Positions 34,222 to 48,456 of a stretch of 64,000 bases of DNA are shown here, piece after piece. The stretch is from Epiperipatus broadwayi (Eukaryota; Animalia; Onychophora). The stretch spans positions 17,608,001 through 17,672,000 of the forward strand of contig JAQFVV010000005.1 in NCBI GenBank assembly GCA_028023455.1, given 5' to 3'. Position 1 is the stretch's first letter, and every line of letters begins with the position of its first letter. The notes under the pieces are model-generated. The model ran no database searches, was not told the DNA's origin, and was given only the letters and a program-made list of their open reading frames with translations. Position numbers and translations under genes: made by a program.

Positions 34222-37200
34222 CTATAAAAAATACACATCCTGATCAATTGAATGAAAACAAAATATAATGAAATTATACAGTAGTAAAATCTAATAAATA
34301 AACTCATTCAAATAAAAGATGTAAATATGTAATATAAATTACAGTTTTTACTTAAATAAAGAGAATATTTAGATTCCTTCTATTAAATCACTGTTTACCA
34401 AAGATATAAAAGGTTGTATATAAAAGGTAACACATTAATGAATGCTTACAAAAATTGAGAACTGTAGGAATAAGAGGTCATTCTTTCTTTATATTTTTTG
34501 ACGTACTAGTATTGTTTATACATAGTTTACCAGAAGTTTTGGTTACTTCTGTTTAAATTTCATGTACATTAACTAATGTTTCCAGCGCATACTGCTATCT
34601 GAAATAAATATCAAATCAGCTCAAACGTTTGTTTAGGAGCACTTTAGAAATCATTGTTTATGTAAATTTCACACTCTATGTTTGAATTAATACGTTTCAA
34701 TATTTAATAACTTTGCAACCTATAATTCAAAAAGGTACCTTTTTGAATTAGTTGTTTTGAGATGCAGGCTCTAATATGTTTATTTCTTAATGTTGGAGAT
34801 GATTTGATATTAATAATGTATATTTGAGATTTATGTTTAATAAATTGACTTTTTATTTATATTGTGCGGTTGTTAAAAATGAGATATAGACTTTATCCAC
34901 TAAAGATTTTAGAATTATGTATGCTGTATTTAAAATCAGGCTAATGTACTAAATTCAGCATTATTTTCAACAACATCAAATAAGAAATGGTTATAAATAC
35001 CAAGATGGTCATTCTATTCTTTGCATTTATTTATTTATGGAAATTTAGATTACTTCTGCTCAAATTATATATATATTAAACCATAAATGCCAACAGCCAA
35101 CTGATTATCTTATGTAAATCGCACTTCACCACATTCTTTTGTCAAGGCAATACTGCAATTTGATAATAAATCACAGAAAAGGTAGCAAATGGTTTAAATT
35201 TACGAATTATACTGTAGTCATGACAACAGATTGATATTCTACTGGTTTATTTAAACATAAGAGCAAAACTTTGTAAAAAAAAAATTGAAATGTAATATTA
35301 AAGAAAAAAATTATGAAATAAAAAAGATTAGAATGCCTACTTATCCACAATATAATTACATTTTGTGCTTGTTAATTATAAAAAGAATCATTTCATTTCA
35401 CAATTAAAAACTAAGCAAGTAAAATCCACTTGCTATAAATAAAATTCGAGCCAATTCTGATTTGTGTTTAGTGGTGATGAGATTTGGCATAGCCAATGAA
35501 GGGGGTAATTAAATAAAGTCTAATAGAGAGTGCTTAAATAGCTTCTTCATAATCATATTATAAGACACAGCTCTAATGTATTAATTATATAAATGATTAA
35601 AAAATATAGCAAGTATACAAATTTTGACAAACATTGCACCTATTTGAATCAATTAATTAGTATCTGTAAATCATTGAGTTATATAAAAATTTAATTTTAC
35701 TTTTATATTTAGTACAAAAATATAATTACTAAAGCACTTTTCAAGAATCAGTTTACACTAGAATTTTCTAAAAGCCAATATCTAAAAAAACTGAGCTTTA
35801 ACAGTCTGACTAATCAACTCTATTTTATGGGGTTATATTTCTTATGTCTATTCCTTATCATCTACCAGTATTATTGATTTAAAAAATGTAAAAGCATATG
35901 GTGAAGTTGTTTAGGTCATTCATTTAAATGTCTCTAGCTGTAACAATTACAATTCAGAGTTATAATCATTTTCATTATTTTCAATAACATTTAGGCTATC
36001 TTAGGTTATAAATCTTTCTGAGTTATACTCATCTCCACATAATTAATATAAAAACCCTTTATCTAATATCTATCTTATGCTTAGTCTCCTATGCATCTTA
36101 AAATTTTCTAAAATTCATATTTTAATTTTGCATCTATCTTTGTATCTTTTGGCCATATATCTATCTTTGGTTTTTTATTCCATATATCTATCATAGGTCT
36201 ATTTGTTTTTCAAATTATTGTTTCTTACTTCAGTCATGTATTCTGCTTGTGATCTTTTTTTGTTAGTCATATTATTCCTTTTTTTATTTCTGTTGGAGTA
36301 TATATATATTTTTATTGCTCTTCTATTAAATAATCAAGGCTAAGATCCATAAGCAAGCCCCGGAAGAACACATTTATTTAAAATTTTTCTATTTGAACAT
36401 AAAGGCATATTTTTATTTAATATTATGTTGGGTGCAATCTATCAAATTAAATTAATAATTAATTTTATCCATTATATATATATATATTTCAGACTAATAT
36501 TTTTTTATTTGTTCCTTTAAAAATATACCTTTTAATAAATCCAAGTTTATACATTTTATCTGTATTTTTATTTGATAAAACCACACATAAATTATAAATT
36601 AACAAAAAATTAAAATGATCTTATCAACAGCCCACTAAAGAGCAAAGATCATTCCAACAGTAACCCATTTATCAATAGTAAAAAAGCAGAACTCGACAGG
36701 TTTTCCAATTTCCATATGGCAAGGATATGAGATGTTATCATCATAAGTTTGATATCTAACTAAAAGTATCTTGATATCCATTTACTAACCAATACTTAAT
36801 AGTTATCTGCATTGATTATGGAATGATTAACTAAAAGAAAAATCTCAAGCCTATAAAAAGTTTTTATATTTGAATCCAGGTTTGTAGGCATGGTAGCAGA
36901 TATGCTATGAAATCATTCAAAGCACAAATAGGTTATTAAATAAAAACACATTAGAGTATCCACAATAGTCACAAGGGTCCAAGAGTGGGTTAAATATAGC
37001 TCACTATATGTAATGAGTATTAAAAAACAATAAAATTCATTTCACTAAAATTTATACAATTATTTAAACTATGAACAAATGTCAAAAATTTCACTATTAC
37101 TTCTAATGCTCAAACATAACCCGACACACTGAAGATTAATTATTATATATATTAGCATGTTAATATAGATTTTTAAAAGAATTTATAGTCTAATAATCCT

Positions 37201-37833
37201 GCAAAACTGCAAATGCATAGTAAGTGCTTATTTAACCACTAAACATCACATGAGTACCATTCTTCATGGTTACACAAGCTGTTTACATAGAGACAAAACT
37301 TTCCCTATAATATCACCACTCGGTGAAAGCTATAGTAGTCAATAGATGCATGAAGGTTTGTGATAAAATCCCTATCTAGTGCCTACTCATTTAATGTCAC
37401 CAGACTAGTTTCTAGTTTATGGCTTTCATCAGTGAGATGTCTTGGATTTGACAACATTGCACCCAGATCTTAGGATCAAATGCAACTCCAGCATCCATCT
37501 TTTATCTTATTAGCTAACTATAAAACTAAAACCCAATAATGTTTTTAATTCAAGTTCATTATCTTGTATAGTTGTATAATTCTGAACTCAGTCCAGTATC
37601 CATACTTTTTGGTTATTTTGGTTCTTTAATAACAAAGTCACCATAATCCTATTGGGCATGAATGGTATTAAACCATTAAACATCATATGTCCACCATTCT
37701 TTATGCTTACACAATCTGTGCACAGAGAGGCAAAACTCTCCATACAGTAGACCCCTCAGTACAAACCAGAGTAATCAATGGATGCGGGAAGGTTTGTGCA
37801 TAAAATACCTATCTAGCGTCTACTCATCCAATA

Positions 37834-37875
37834 TCCCCAGACTAATTTCTAGCTTGTGGCTTTCATCAGTGAGGA
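37834..37875 (-). ncRNA. Minimal type I hammerhead ribozyme (best-preserved family B copy)
   Basis: TCCTCA CTGATGA a AGC cacaa GCT a GAAA TTAG TC^ TGGGGA; 6-bp stem I fully paired. Confidence 0.75.
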
Positions 37876-37920
37876 GCCTTGGATCTGAGAGCACTGTACA
37901 AGTGCTCTCAGATCCAAAGC

Positions 37921-37962
37921 TCCTCACTGATGAAAGCCACAAGTTAGAAACTAGTCTATGGA
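37921..37962 (+). ncRNA. Hammerhead ribozyme (family B), core intact, stem I weakened
   Basis: TCCTCA CTGATGA a AGC cacaa GTT a GAAA CTAG TC^ TATGGA. Confidence 0.65.
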
Positions 37963-39391
37963 TAAGTAGGCACTAAATAGGGATTTTCTGCACTAGATAG
38001 GGATTTTATACACAAACATTTTTCCATCTATTGATAGTGACTGTGGTTATTAAAGAATCAAAGACACCAAAAAGTATGGATGCTGATCTAAGTTCAGATT
38101 TACTTGACTGTACAAGCTAATGAGCTTGAATTGAAAACCTTATTGTGTTTTCATTTTGAACTCAAAGCTTTATAATTAGCTAATAAGGTAAAAGGTGGCT
38201 GCTGGAGAGTTGCATTAGATCCTAAAATCTAGGTGCAGTGCTCTCAGATCCAAGGTTCTTCACTGATAAAAGCCACAAGCTAAAAACTAACTTGAAGATA
38301 TTTCATAAGTAGGCACTAAATAGGGATTTTATACATAAAGGTTCCTGCATCCATTGATTACTTTGGCTTGCATTGAATGGTGATACCGTATGAAGAATTT
38401 TGCCTTTGTATAAACAGCTTGTATAACCATGTTATCTTTAGTGGTTTAATACCAATACTGCCCAATAGGATTATGGTAACCACATTAAAAAACCAAGAAC
38501 ACTAAAAAGTACAGATTTTGAACTGATTTCAGATCTACATGATTATACAAGCAAATGAGCTTGAATTGAAACATTATTGTGTTTTATTTTGGACTCAAAG
38601 CTTTATAGATAGCTAATAATGTAATAAGGTGGCTGCTGGAGGATTGCATTAGATCTTAAGATCTAGGTGCAGTGCTCTCAGATTCAAGGTTCTTCACTGA
38701 TGAATTCCATAAGCTAGAAACTAATCTGGAGATATTGCATGAGTAGGCACTCAGTAGGTATTTTATACATAATGCTTATAGCATCCATTGATTACTCTGG
38801 CTTGCACCGGAGTAGTGCTATTGTATGGAGAGTTTTGGCTCTGTGTAAAGTGCTTATTTATTTATAAAAAATCTCCAAGCCTACCATGGAACTCAGATCA
38901 CACTAATCATTATCAAATGTCAATAGTATGAAAATAGATAATCATCATATAAAAACATGTGTTGATAAATTTTGTTTGATCTCTGCAGCTTCTTCTAATA
39001 AATTCTTCATTAACACTACCATTAGATGCAATTCATAGATAAAAATGGCCATTCTGTCTCCAGTAGAATAAAAGGAGAAACAATGATGAGTCTGTTATCA
39101 AATAATAGCGTGTAATAGCACACATATTATTCACTATTATAGTTAAAACAAAAAGTGACTTATGGCATGCCCTTTGTAGTTTATCCCGGTGGTGGAATAG
39201 TATATTGGGATCTAAAAGTCCTTGGATCATGGCTTGACTATATCATTTCTATTGCTAAAGTATCACATGATCTTCTGAGTGACAAGCTAATTGATTATTT
39301 TACTGAGGGCACAAAAAGAAATGACTGAAGACAATAATATAAATATTCATGTATATAAAGAGCAAAAGAAAATATTAGTTATAAATGTTAG

Positions 39392-39770
39392 TAATTATTA
39401 TTACAACCATTATCAATCTGGTGCAGGAATAAGGTCTCTCCAAGTATAATTCAGTTTTTTGAACTATACCCTTCTTCACTTATTTCATTTCCCATTTTAC
39501 ATGTGATCTCTTTCAATGCCTTTTATAATCTTTTGAAATCTCATTTAATGCTTAAATTTCTCATCCATTGTCATTTCCTGTAGAAATAAATCCAATGCAG
39601 CTTCATTTTCATGTTATTCTTTCAATCCATGTCAATGATCCCTGCCTATTTCATCATCCACATATTTTGATTTTGGACTTTTCTTGTTATTCCAAACATT
39701 CATCATTCAACACTTTGTTGAGTTATATGAAGTCTTTGTAATATTATTCTGTTAAGTGTTTAAAACTGAG
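39392..39770 (-). mobile_element. 5'-truncated RTE 3' fragment
   Basis: Minus strand acttggagagaccttattcctgcaccagattgataatggttgtaataataatt matches the 3' end of the intact RTE (12268-12310). Confidence 0.75.
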
Positions 39771-41307
39771 ATATATAAGTGTTGATAAAATATTTATACT
39801 GAATAATAGTAATTCTTATTAATAATTAAAAAAAAATTACTCAGAAATTCATATGATGTTTGAGCATCAGAATGATAGGTTGAACTTCAAATTAGGAACC
39901 TTTAGTTCTTGAGCCTATCACTATACAATGTGACTAAGTTCACATAAGGTATTAGTAAAATACCTTAAGGAGATAACTATCATTCACTTTTTTTTCCAAT
40001 CATATATTTTTTATATATAGTTAATGGCTATTCCAATCTATCCATACATGGTAGAACTGAAGGACATAAAAAAAAAAGCCAAGGGAAATCTATTTCCTTG
40101 TTGTACTATTGAGATATTGTTAGCAGCTATTCATAAAGAAATATGGCATTCTACTTTTAGAAGCTAAAAACAAATGTAGAAAGACAAGGAATACAAGCAA
40201 TATTTCTAATTGTGTAATTAAATGGTGGGAAAGTATTTAAGCAGACTCTACAATTCCTGTAGAGACATGGTTGATAGCATGAGAAACCAAGATAAAGGTG
40301 TTTATGATATTGACCTATATGAATAATAATAGTAAAATGAAAGCAAAAAAAAGCATACCATACTGTATGAACATGATTACTAGCATGACAGAATCATGAT
40401 GACTGAATCATAAATAATCTTGAAGACTGATATCAGTAAAGCAAAAGATTAGAAAATAAATAATCTCTAAGACTGATAATAGCATAGCAAAAGATTAGAA
40501 TATGAAGAATGAATTTAAAAAATAACTACCAGAAAATGTTTTTTTTTTTTTCAAAAAAATAACTACCAAAAAATAATTACCAGTATAAAAAATCCAATTA
40601 TTGTGCACATACAAAAAATGGTGAATAGTGAGAAAGAAATGATTGAAACAGTAATTTAAAAGCATGAAGAAAAAAATGAAGAGCAAATGAGAGAATAATT
40701 ATCATAATAATATCTCCATTTTAATCTTTCATTATACTACTTTTAAAATATATGATCAGTCTAATTACCTATTCTCAATACTTTTAAGAATTTTTTTTTT
40801 TTTGTTTTCATTTTTAAGCCAACTCTTTTTATATTGTGTACAGTTTATTTACTTATTTCTTGTTATAAACTTAGATCTCAAAGTCAGTAAAGTTTAAAAT
40901 ATAATTTTATATAATGTATCATGTGATTCAATATAATTACATATAATGTGCTGTGTGCCTCTCAGTTTACCCTTGGATCTCTGCATGAAATTGGTAGAAC
41001 TATGAAGTTCTACCATTTAATAATTTATTAAATAATGGAATAAGTAAAAGAAGAATGCAAGATGGCATTACAATAAATGTTTGAAATACATTAAGGCCAG
41101 TTTATAGTTGTCATTAGAGGAGAAATAATTAAATATTAGTTTAGTTCAACAAGGGCAATAATCACCATAGAGCATTCAAGATAAAATACATATTTTGAAT
41201 GCTAGCTTCTTGGGAGTTAGTATCTTATTGTCTACTTTTAAAAAATAGTAAAAAAGGAAATGTTAACAATATCAGAAGACTTCTTTAACTTATTTTAATA
41301 TACTAAC

Positions 41308-41754
41308 GATTAAGCCAAAGCACATGCGCTTTAAAGATAAATTATAAATGAATACTCTCATTTTTCCAGACCTGAGATATAGTATTTTAGAAAGAATGGA
41401 ATGAATCCACCCATTCTTTCGACCCAAACATTTATGTATGGGCAAATCTTAAGCGTATGGAAATGAGAGCGTGAAGATGTTAAGCAATCGCTTTAAATTA
41501 CATGACGCATCATAAATTGTAAAGATTTCGCAGGCGTCATTTGTTCAAACATAACAAATGTAATTTAAAGTGATTGCTCAACACCTTCACGCTCTCATTT
41601 CCATATACTTAAGATTTGTCCATACATAAATGTTTGGGTTGAAAGAATGGGTGGATTCATTCCATTCTTTCTAAAATACTATATCTCGTGTCTGGAAAAA
41701 GTTAGAGTATTCATTTATAATTTATCTTTAAAGCGCATGTGCTTTGGCTTAATC
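41308..41754. mobile_element. MITE-like palindrome with ~195-bp arms
   Basis: gattaagccaaagcacatgcgctttaaag ... ctttaaagcgcatgtgctttggcttaatc; short unique spacer ~41505-41555; TSD ambiguous (TTAA or actaac/actaat). Confidence 0.8.
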
Positions 41755-41795
41755 ACTAATATCACTATTACAGTATTAAAACATAGCACTATATA

Positions 41796-41980
41796 AATAA
41801 TATCTCATTTAATATACTAAACAGAGGCTCTTTTTCTTCACTAATAACCAATTATGTGAATATTGAATTGATTTAGTCAAAAGCAACAAAATAATATCTC
41901 ATTTAATATACTAAACAGATGCTCTTTTTCTTCACTAATAACCAATTATGTGAATATTGAATTGATTTAGTCAAAAGCAA
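41796..41980. repeat. 92-bp tandem duplication
   Basis: aaataatatctcatttaatatactaaacaga...gtcaaaagcaac at 41796 and 41888. Confidence 0.85.
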
Positions 41981-44472
41981 CACTTATATCTAGATCACTT
42001 TAGATTTTCTCATCTGAAAAAAGGTCAGTTCTTAAAAAGTGGCATTGAGTCCATTATTATCTAATTTCCATAGCTGAGTCTGAAGTTCCAGGTCATTGGA
42101 TTGTGATCCTATTACATCATTTCCTGTGTATGAACTTCTTACGAAGAAACAGACAATAAACTATTCAATTATTTATTTGGTGCTTACAGACAAGTTAAAT
42201 TATGGAATTGGATGAAAATGAATCATAGGTTATTACTGTCTAAAGTAAATACCTCTTGGCTATAGTTACATATAAATAAAAGTTGGATTAAGAATTCAAT
42301 AACATTAGGGGAGTTTTATTATAAATTAGGTTTTACTATTTTTTTTTTTTAAAAAAAGTTTTTATTTCATATGTTAAAACATATTTAAATTTATGAACAC
42401 AACTGTTAGTTTCCATACCAGTTAGTAATTAACTGTTGACAAAATGTCAAACACAGCAACTTAACATAGAGGTATCAAACTTTTCTAAAATATATTTTTT
42501 CTGAAATCATTATCAAGCTTCTATGTTGTCAAAAAATTATATTCAATATACATTTGATTTAAAAGATATTATTAATGGAAATTTTTATAATGGTCAAAAA
42601 GCTTCAACATAAAGAATTGTTCAACTCTTTTGACTAACAATGAAATTATCAATTCATTCAAAATGGAAAAAAAAAAGGCTTCAATTTTTTTTCTCAAATA
42701 AGCATTTTAAAAATGGCATGATTTTTTTTTCAACTAAAGAATGATGCCTTATCCACTCTACAGCTTGACATGGGTCCACATAATTAATTTTTATGTAGGT
42801 CAATCATCCTAAAGAGACACTATTTGGTATTTATTTGACTCGATGGTGTTTATAGAAAATAGTGTACATCCACAATATAGTTTTGATGTGCCCTTAACTA
42901 TTATTTATTTTGACCAATAAAAGAATATACTATCATGATGCAGTTCTATTTCTATTTACCATTTGTTTGTATTGGTAAAAATATTTTATAAGACTAGAGA
43001 TCCCAAAATAAGAATAGTAAAATGACTAAAACTACACAAAACTAGGCACATATCATTCCCCCACTGAATTAGTTCCCTAAATATAAGGACAATAAAGTTG
43101 TCAGATTAGGCAATCATTATACAATAAAATAATAATATGAAGCAATAAACTTCCAAGTATTAGCACATTAATACACAATGTCCTTTATTATCAAAGTAAG
43201 TCAAGTTGCAGACAAAAATGAATCTCCTGACATCCATGATCTTACATGAATAGTAGATTAAGCAATGATTCTTATTAGATTGAATTCTAAGTCAACAGAA
43301 TGTCCACACAGACACATTTGAAATCAGCTAATAGCTTAAATTCACAAGACATATAACCAAACATAACACATGTAAATATCAATTTATACAGGATACAAAT
43401 CTTTTTCCAAGTGGATTACTTTTTTACTTTATTATGATTAATACTTTTAGAACCTTGCATGACTTGGTGCGATGATTCAATGGCAGACTCTGGAGTTCAG
43501 TGGGTCGTGGCCCAATCCCAAATAATAAAGCAGTACGATCATTTTATTATGTTTGATATTTTTAAAAGCCATTTTTTCATTTCTATCTGGATGTCCGTAG
43601 AAGAATTATAAGGGTTAAATTCTTAAAGGATACAATAAATAATAAATCATTTATTTTAGAAACTAATGTTAATATTATAAAATCAACATTCCTATTTTTG
43701 ACGAAACTTGTGGGTGTATTAAAATAAAAAAAAATGCAAAAAATTATAGACCGTAACTGAATCTATAGTTATATAATAATGACGGCAACACAAATTACTC
43801 CCCCGCATTGATTTTCATTATAAGTCTATCTTTATTTAAACAAATAAATTAATCTTTTTTTTTAACCAGTCGGTTAGTAATGTATGTTACAGTATCAAGA
43901 TTCAAGCAGACATTAAAAAATATCTACAGTAATTTACTAACGTAGAAAAGAAAATAATATAATGTTTCACCAAATTCTCTGACAGCCATTTTATTTTGTT
44001 ACTGACGAAGAAGCAAGTTGGTGTTAAATGACATTAAAATTCTAGGAGTACATAATTAATTTAAATATTAATTAAAAATATGAAAGATATATTTATAAAA
44101 TTAATCGTGATAGATAGTGTGATTAGGTAAGAATAATTGTTTTAATTAATTTGAAAAATCATAATAAAAATTATAACATTATAAATTTTTGTAAGTTGTT
44201 TATAAAATTAAACAGAAAAAGTAAAAGCATATAATTCCCTTTTTTTTTAAAAAAAAAACAAACAACTGTCATATCTCATCTAATAAAAATAGAAAGTAAA
44301 AGAAAAAGATTTATTTTTTTAAAAAAGGCAGTCTTTAAATAACTCTTAATACAGCAAACGAATCTTTAAAACTATCCTAGACTAACAGTAAAAAAGTAAA
44401 GCATCATTTGCCAAGTAGCATTAAAGCATCAGCGTAACAGGTTGAGCACAAATGGACTTATTCAGTTAACAA

Positions 44473-44575
44473 AGCCGAGAGGTCAGCGCAGCCTATTTGC
44501 AAGCAAGCAGTTGGTTGCAGACAGTTGTTGCGGGTTCGCCTCCCGGCCGATGCTATGACATATGGAAAAAAAAAC
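44473..44575 (+). mobile_element. tRNA-derived SINE, second copy
   Basis: agccgagaggtcagcgca...gcgggttcgcctccccggccgatgctatgacatatggaaaaaaaaa; reverse complement of 14825-14925. Confidence 0.8.
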
Positions 44576-44899
44576 TGATAATTTACTCCACTTTCTTTAG
44601 CTGACAATTTGTCCAGAAACATTTAGCTGTTCTGTTCACCTGTATCACCATTATGAAGGGTGACTTTCGATCAATGCTCCATATCTAGAAATAACTTGAC
44701 TACAAAATTGATACAACAATAATTATTAATCAGCCAACTAATTTATCACTTGGCAATTTATAAGAAGTGAGTTTATCACTTGGAAGTTTATAAGAAGTTT
44801 GAGCTCCAAGATCTTCTAGTCTACCACTGCATCAAATTAATAATCAGTGAGTCAAACTCTTTCTACATCAGGTATCTTTCTTTAAATGTATTCAGTTAT

Positions 44900-47800
44900 T
44901 GATTTGAACAGAGACCAGATTTGATCTAAGCCAACTTGTACACTTATTAAATTATTTTTAAAAATAGTACATAAAGAAAGTTTTAAACTTAACTAGTTTA
45001 TTATTCAGAATATATAATAGTAAATAAAATACTATATACATCTTACATAAACAATTTTCAATGCAATTTAATATAATGGCTTGCTAGTATTTCTTCATAG
45101 TTTTGAATTATAATGCTGCTTTATTTTAATCTGTTAATTCTTCATTAACTTTTCACCATAATGCTCTCTTCAGCTTATTATTGCACTGCTCACACACTGC
45201 TGTTTTGCAAGCACCATACTGCTCACAAACCCATTAGGCACTAAATTGCTCTCATGTTTCTCTATAATATTGTTTTCCATCATCTAATTTGCATAGTTAG
45301 TTTAATTATCATATTCTTGCAAAGTTGCATATCTGGATATTTGCATAATTTTAATATTGTGTATATCTTTTTTCTAGAGTGAATCTTTAAGGTCTTTTAT
45401 ATTGATGAATTTTGCACACACATATGCATGCAACTTTATATTTCTTTAATACAGTTTTTAGCCAATATATAACAATTCCTACCCTTTTTCTCTAGAAATG
45501 GGGTAAAGCTCAATTACATATGTAATCTTCTAGTCTTGAGTTTTCTATGCACTTTAGCTTTTCTGGAAAAGATTCTTTTTTCTTTTTTTAAGAAAGACCT
45601 TTTTTCTTTACACTGTGATTCACAATTTAATTCCAGCAGATAAATCCTGTGATTTTTGGCTCAAATATTTTTCTTTTATGTCTATCTCAATATTAGTAGA
45701 TGCATCCATCTTAATATTTGCAGTATTTTCTAGAGAATAACTATTAGCTCACAAAAACTTTTTTTAAGTGTTAATAAGTCTTTTTACTTCTCTACCATCT
45801 TCTGTTTTAATTATGCATATTTGCTTAGATGATAGCTTGGTTATAACTCCAGGTATCCACCCCCCCCCCCCAATAGATCTCTTATCAAAACAGTTTATTC
45901 TATGTTAAATTTGACACTTTCAGATCTTATCACCTTTTCTCTAATTTTGCCTAGAATTAGCCCAAAAATATCTGTCCTAAAATGATGTCACATTAAAAGT
46001 TCTGCCATAGTTTTCTTGGTTATTGAACTCAGTATGAAATGTGAATAAAACCCTGTAGTTAGTGCTTCATGAAAATCTACATATTCTATTTTATTCAATG
46101 TATATTTTAAATGTTGCATGACCCTTTTTTGCTAATCCATTTGATCCAGAGCTATAAATAGTATTAACAAATGCTATATTCCTTTATGATCTAGAAAATC
46201 TTTTAACTATACTAAAAATCTTGCACCTTTGTCAGTTACTATTATCTCAAGATTAATATTTTATTATGTTATCTATGTTGGTATTTTTGACCATTCTGTA
46301 TTTCATCTAATCATTAACTATAAGAAATATGTATCTATGGAAAGACCTTGTATATATATCCATGGATTGACCCTGTATGTTCTAAACTCTTTCCTGTGGT
46401 TTTGGTAGTTTCAGGCCATGGTTTTAACTACTTCATAAGTACCCTCACTGTTTTTGGCAGGTTTGACATACCTGTACAGTTTTCTCAATATCATTATTCA
46501 TATCTGGCCACCAGAGATACAAATGAACTAGTTATTGCATACAAGCTACTCTGGAGTGTTCTTCATATAGCAACTGCAATACATTTTTTCTCCTGATAGT
46601 TAAGATTAAAACTCAATCAGTCATGAGAATGAATTCTTTACACATAAATAAACTTTTCTAAGCATTCCATATTTGCAGCACTATATAGTTTGGTCACACA
46701 AAATTTTAACCAGCTTTGTTTGATCCAATTTTTTACTAAATGGTTATTTTTCATCCATTCTGTTACAATTTTACTATTTAGTTTTTTAAAACTTAGCTTA
46801 AACATAGATAGAAATTTGTTTTAAAGTTCAAATTCAGTTTGATCAGCTTGATAGATTCAATACTTATTCCTAGAAGTTGGAACCAGTTAATCCTAATATA
46901 GAGCTGGAATTCTTAACAGCAATATATAATGATAAAATTTTATTCATCTGTTTACTTTTAGCAGTATTATCACTTTTATATCACTAGTATTCCCATTTAT
47001 GTCTGTAGTGATCAAATTCATCTTTTTGATTTGAATCTTGTTATTCCATTTCCTATTAATGGCTATTCAATCCTTTAAAGTAACGAAAGATATGCCTGAC
47101 TCATTATCAATCTTCATTTTGATATTTTGATTGCAAATTTTGACATCTATTATATTACACACATTTAGTTTCCATTATTTTTTGACATTCTCTAAACTCT
47201 TGAATAGTTCCCACTTTGATTTACTACTGACTTGTAAATCCATGTTAACTCTTCTTTGTTTGCACTTACAAACTTTTGACAAATGATTGGTCAGTCCACA
47301 ATTATGACAACTGTCTTTTCTGAATTTACATATCTTCTTTACATGTGTTTTTTCCTACAGCAACAGCAAACACAAAAACTTGTTTTATTCTAACTTAGCC
47401 ATCTTTGCCTTCATCTTGTTTATATGTGTAGTTGACTTAATTTCATCTGTCATACTTTTAAATTATTTTGTATATTCAAGAAGTTTCATATACTATTCCC
47501 CTCTTTCAGTAGCAGTGATATAAGTTAGTATAGACTTACCTAATAATTCTTGTCTAAGTCTTCCATCTCACGTGCTTATAGAAACTGGTCTATAAGCATC
47601 ATTTCTAGATAGACTTTAAACTCACATTCTTTAATTAATTATCATAGTATAATATCATAATCTTTTACAGAGGGTGTCTTCAGGCACATTCGGGTCACAT
47701 AGATAATTAGCTATTTGAAATATATCCTTTTCTGACATCCTTATAACAGTAGAAACAATCATGTATCTTTTGACATGGCCTAAATATATTTGCCATTGTT

Positions 47801-48456
47801 CTGAAGTGTTTACCTCATATGGAATTATACTGTTCTGCATTGCCATATTGTATGTACACATTGTCAACTGCTGCTTTACACAAATTAATTACACAGGTTT
47901 TAGAAACTGTGCCAACTGATGAGTATAGGGGGACCACATTTGACCTAAGCCAGCTGTACACTCATTAAATTATTTTAGAAATAATACACAAAAAATTAAC
48001 AAATTTATTATTCAGGTTATATAGTAATAGTTTGTTAGTATTTCATAAATTAACTCAATCTTAATTATGCACACACATTTCTTTACAGTGTTGAACTATA
48101 ATGTTGCATATTCTTATTAGAGTATTTTATTTTACTCTGTTAAACCTTCTTTGTTAATTCTTCACTAAAATCCTCTTTAGGATATTACACTGCCAATGCA
48201 CTGCTGCTTTGCCAGCACCATACTGCTCATATAGATATTATGCACTGAACTGCTCTCATGTTTCTAGATAGTATTTTTTTCCATCACCTAACATGGTTTA
48301 ATTATTATCTTCTTGCAAATTTTTATATTTGCATAAATTTTAATATTGTGCATATTATCTTTTTCTAGAATGGATCTTTAATGATTGACTAATTTTACAT
48401 GCACACACTCATACAAATTTATTTTCCATTTATACAGTTTTAGCCAATATATAACA
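44900..48456 (-). mobile_element. Old, internally deleted Gypsy LTR retrotransposon with both LTRs
   Basis: LTRs 47917-48456 and 44900-45474 (minus strand TGTTATATATTGGC...CA); PBS-like TGGCACAG after 5' LTR; PPT AGAGAAAAAGGGTAGGAA; Gag N-term (SEQWQIYL..), CHNCGLTNHLSKVC knuckle, protease-like MKIDNES, integrase DIEKTVQVCQTCQK and IIVTDKG; RT/RNaseH not seen; TSD gttat/cttat (4/5). Confidence 0.85.

Larger units (their letters stand above)
37235..38847. mobile_element. Head-to-head array of ~435-nt hammerhead-containing monomers (family B, retrozyme-like)
   Basis: Two hammerheads on minus (37397-37437, 37834-37875), three on plus (37921-37962, 38257-38298, 38691-38732); spacings 437, 336 (deleted unit), 434 nt; symmetry axis at ~37898; 13-bp TSD aagtgcttattta at 37222-37234 and 38848-38860; no coding capacity. 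Confidence 0.88.

Noticed and set aside
47916-47945. CTGATGAG at the Gypsy LTR edge (also isolated CTGATGA at 604 and 1819)
   Set aside because: No stem II or GAAA downstream.
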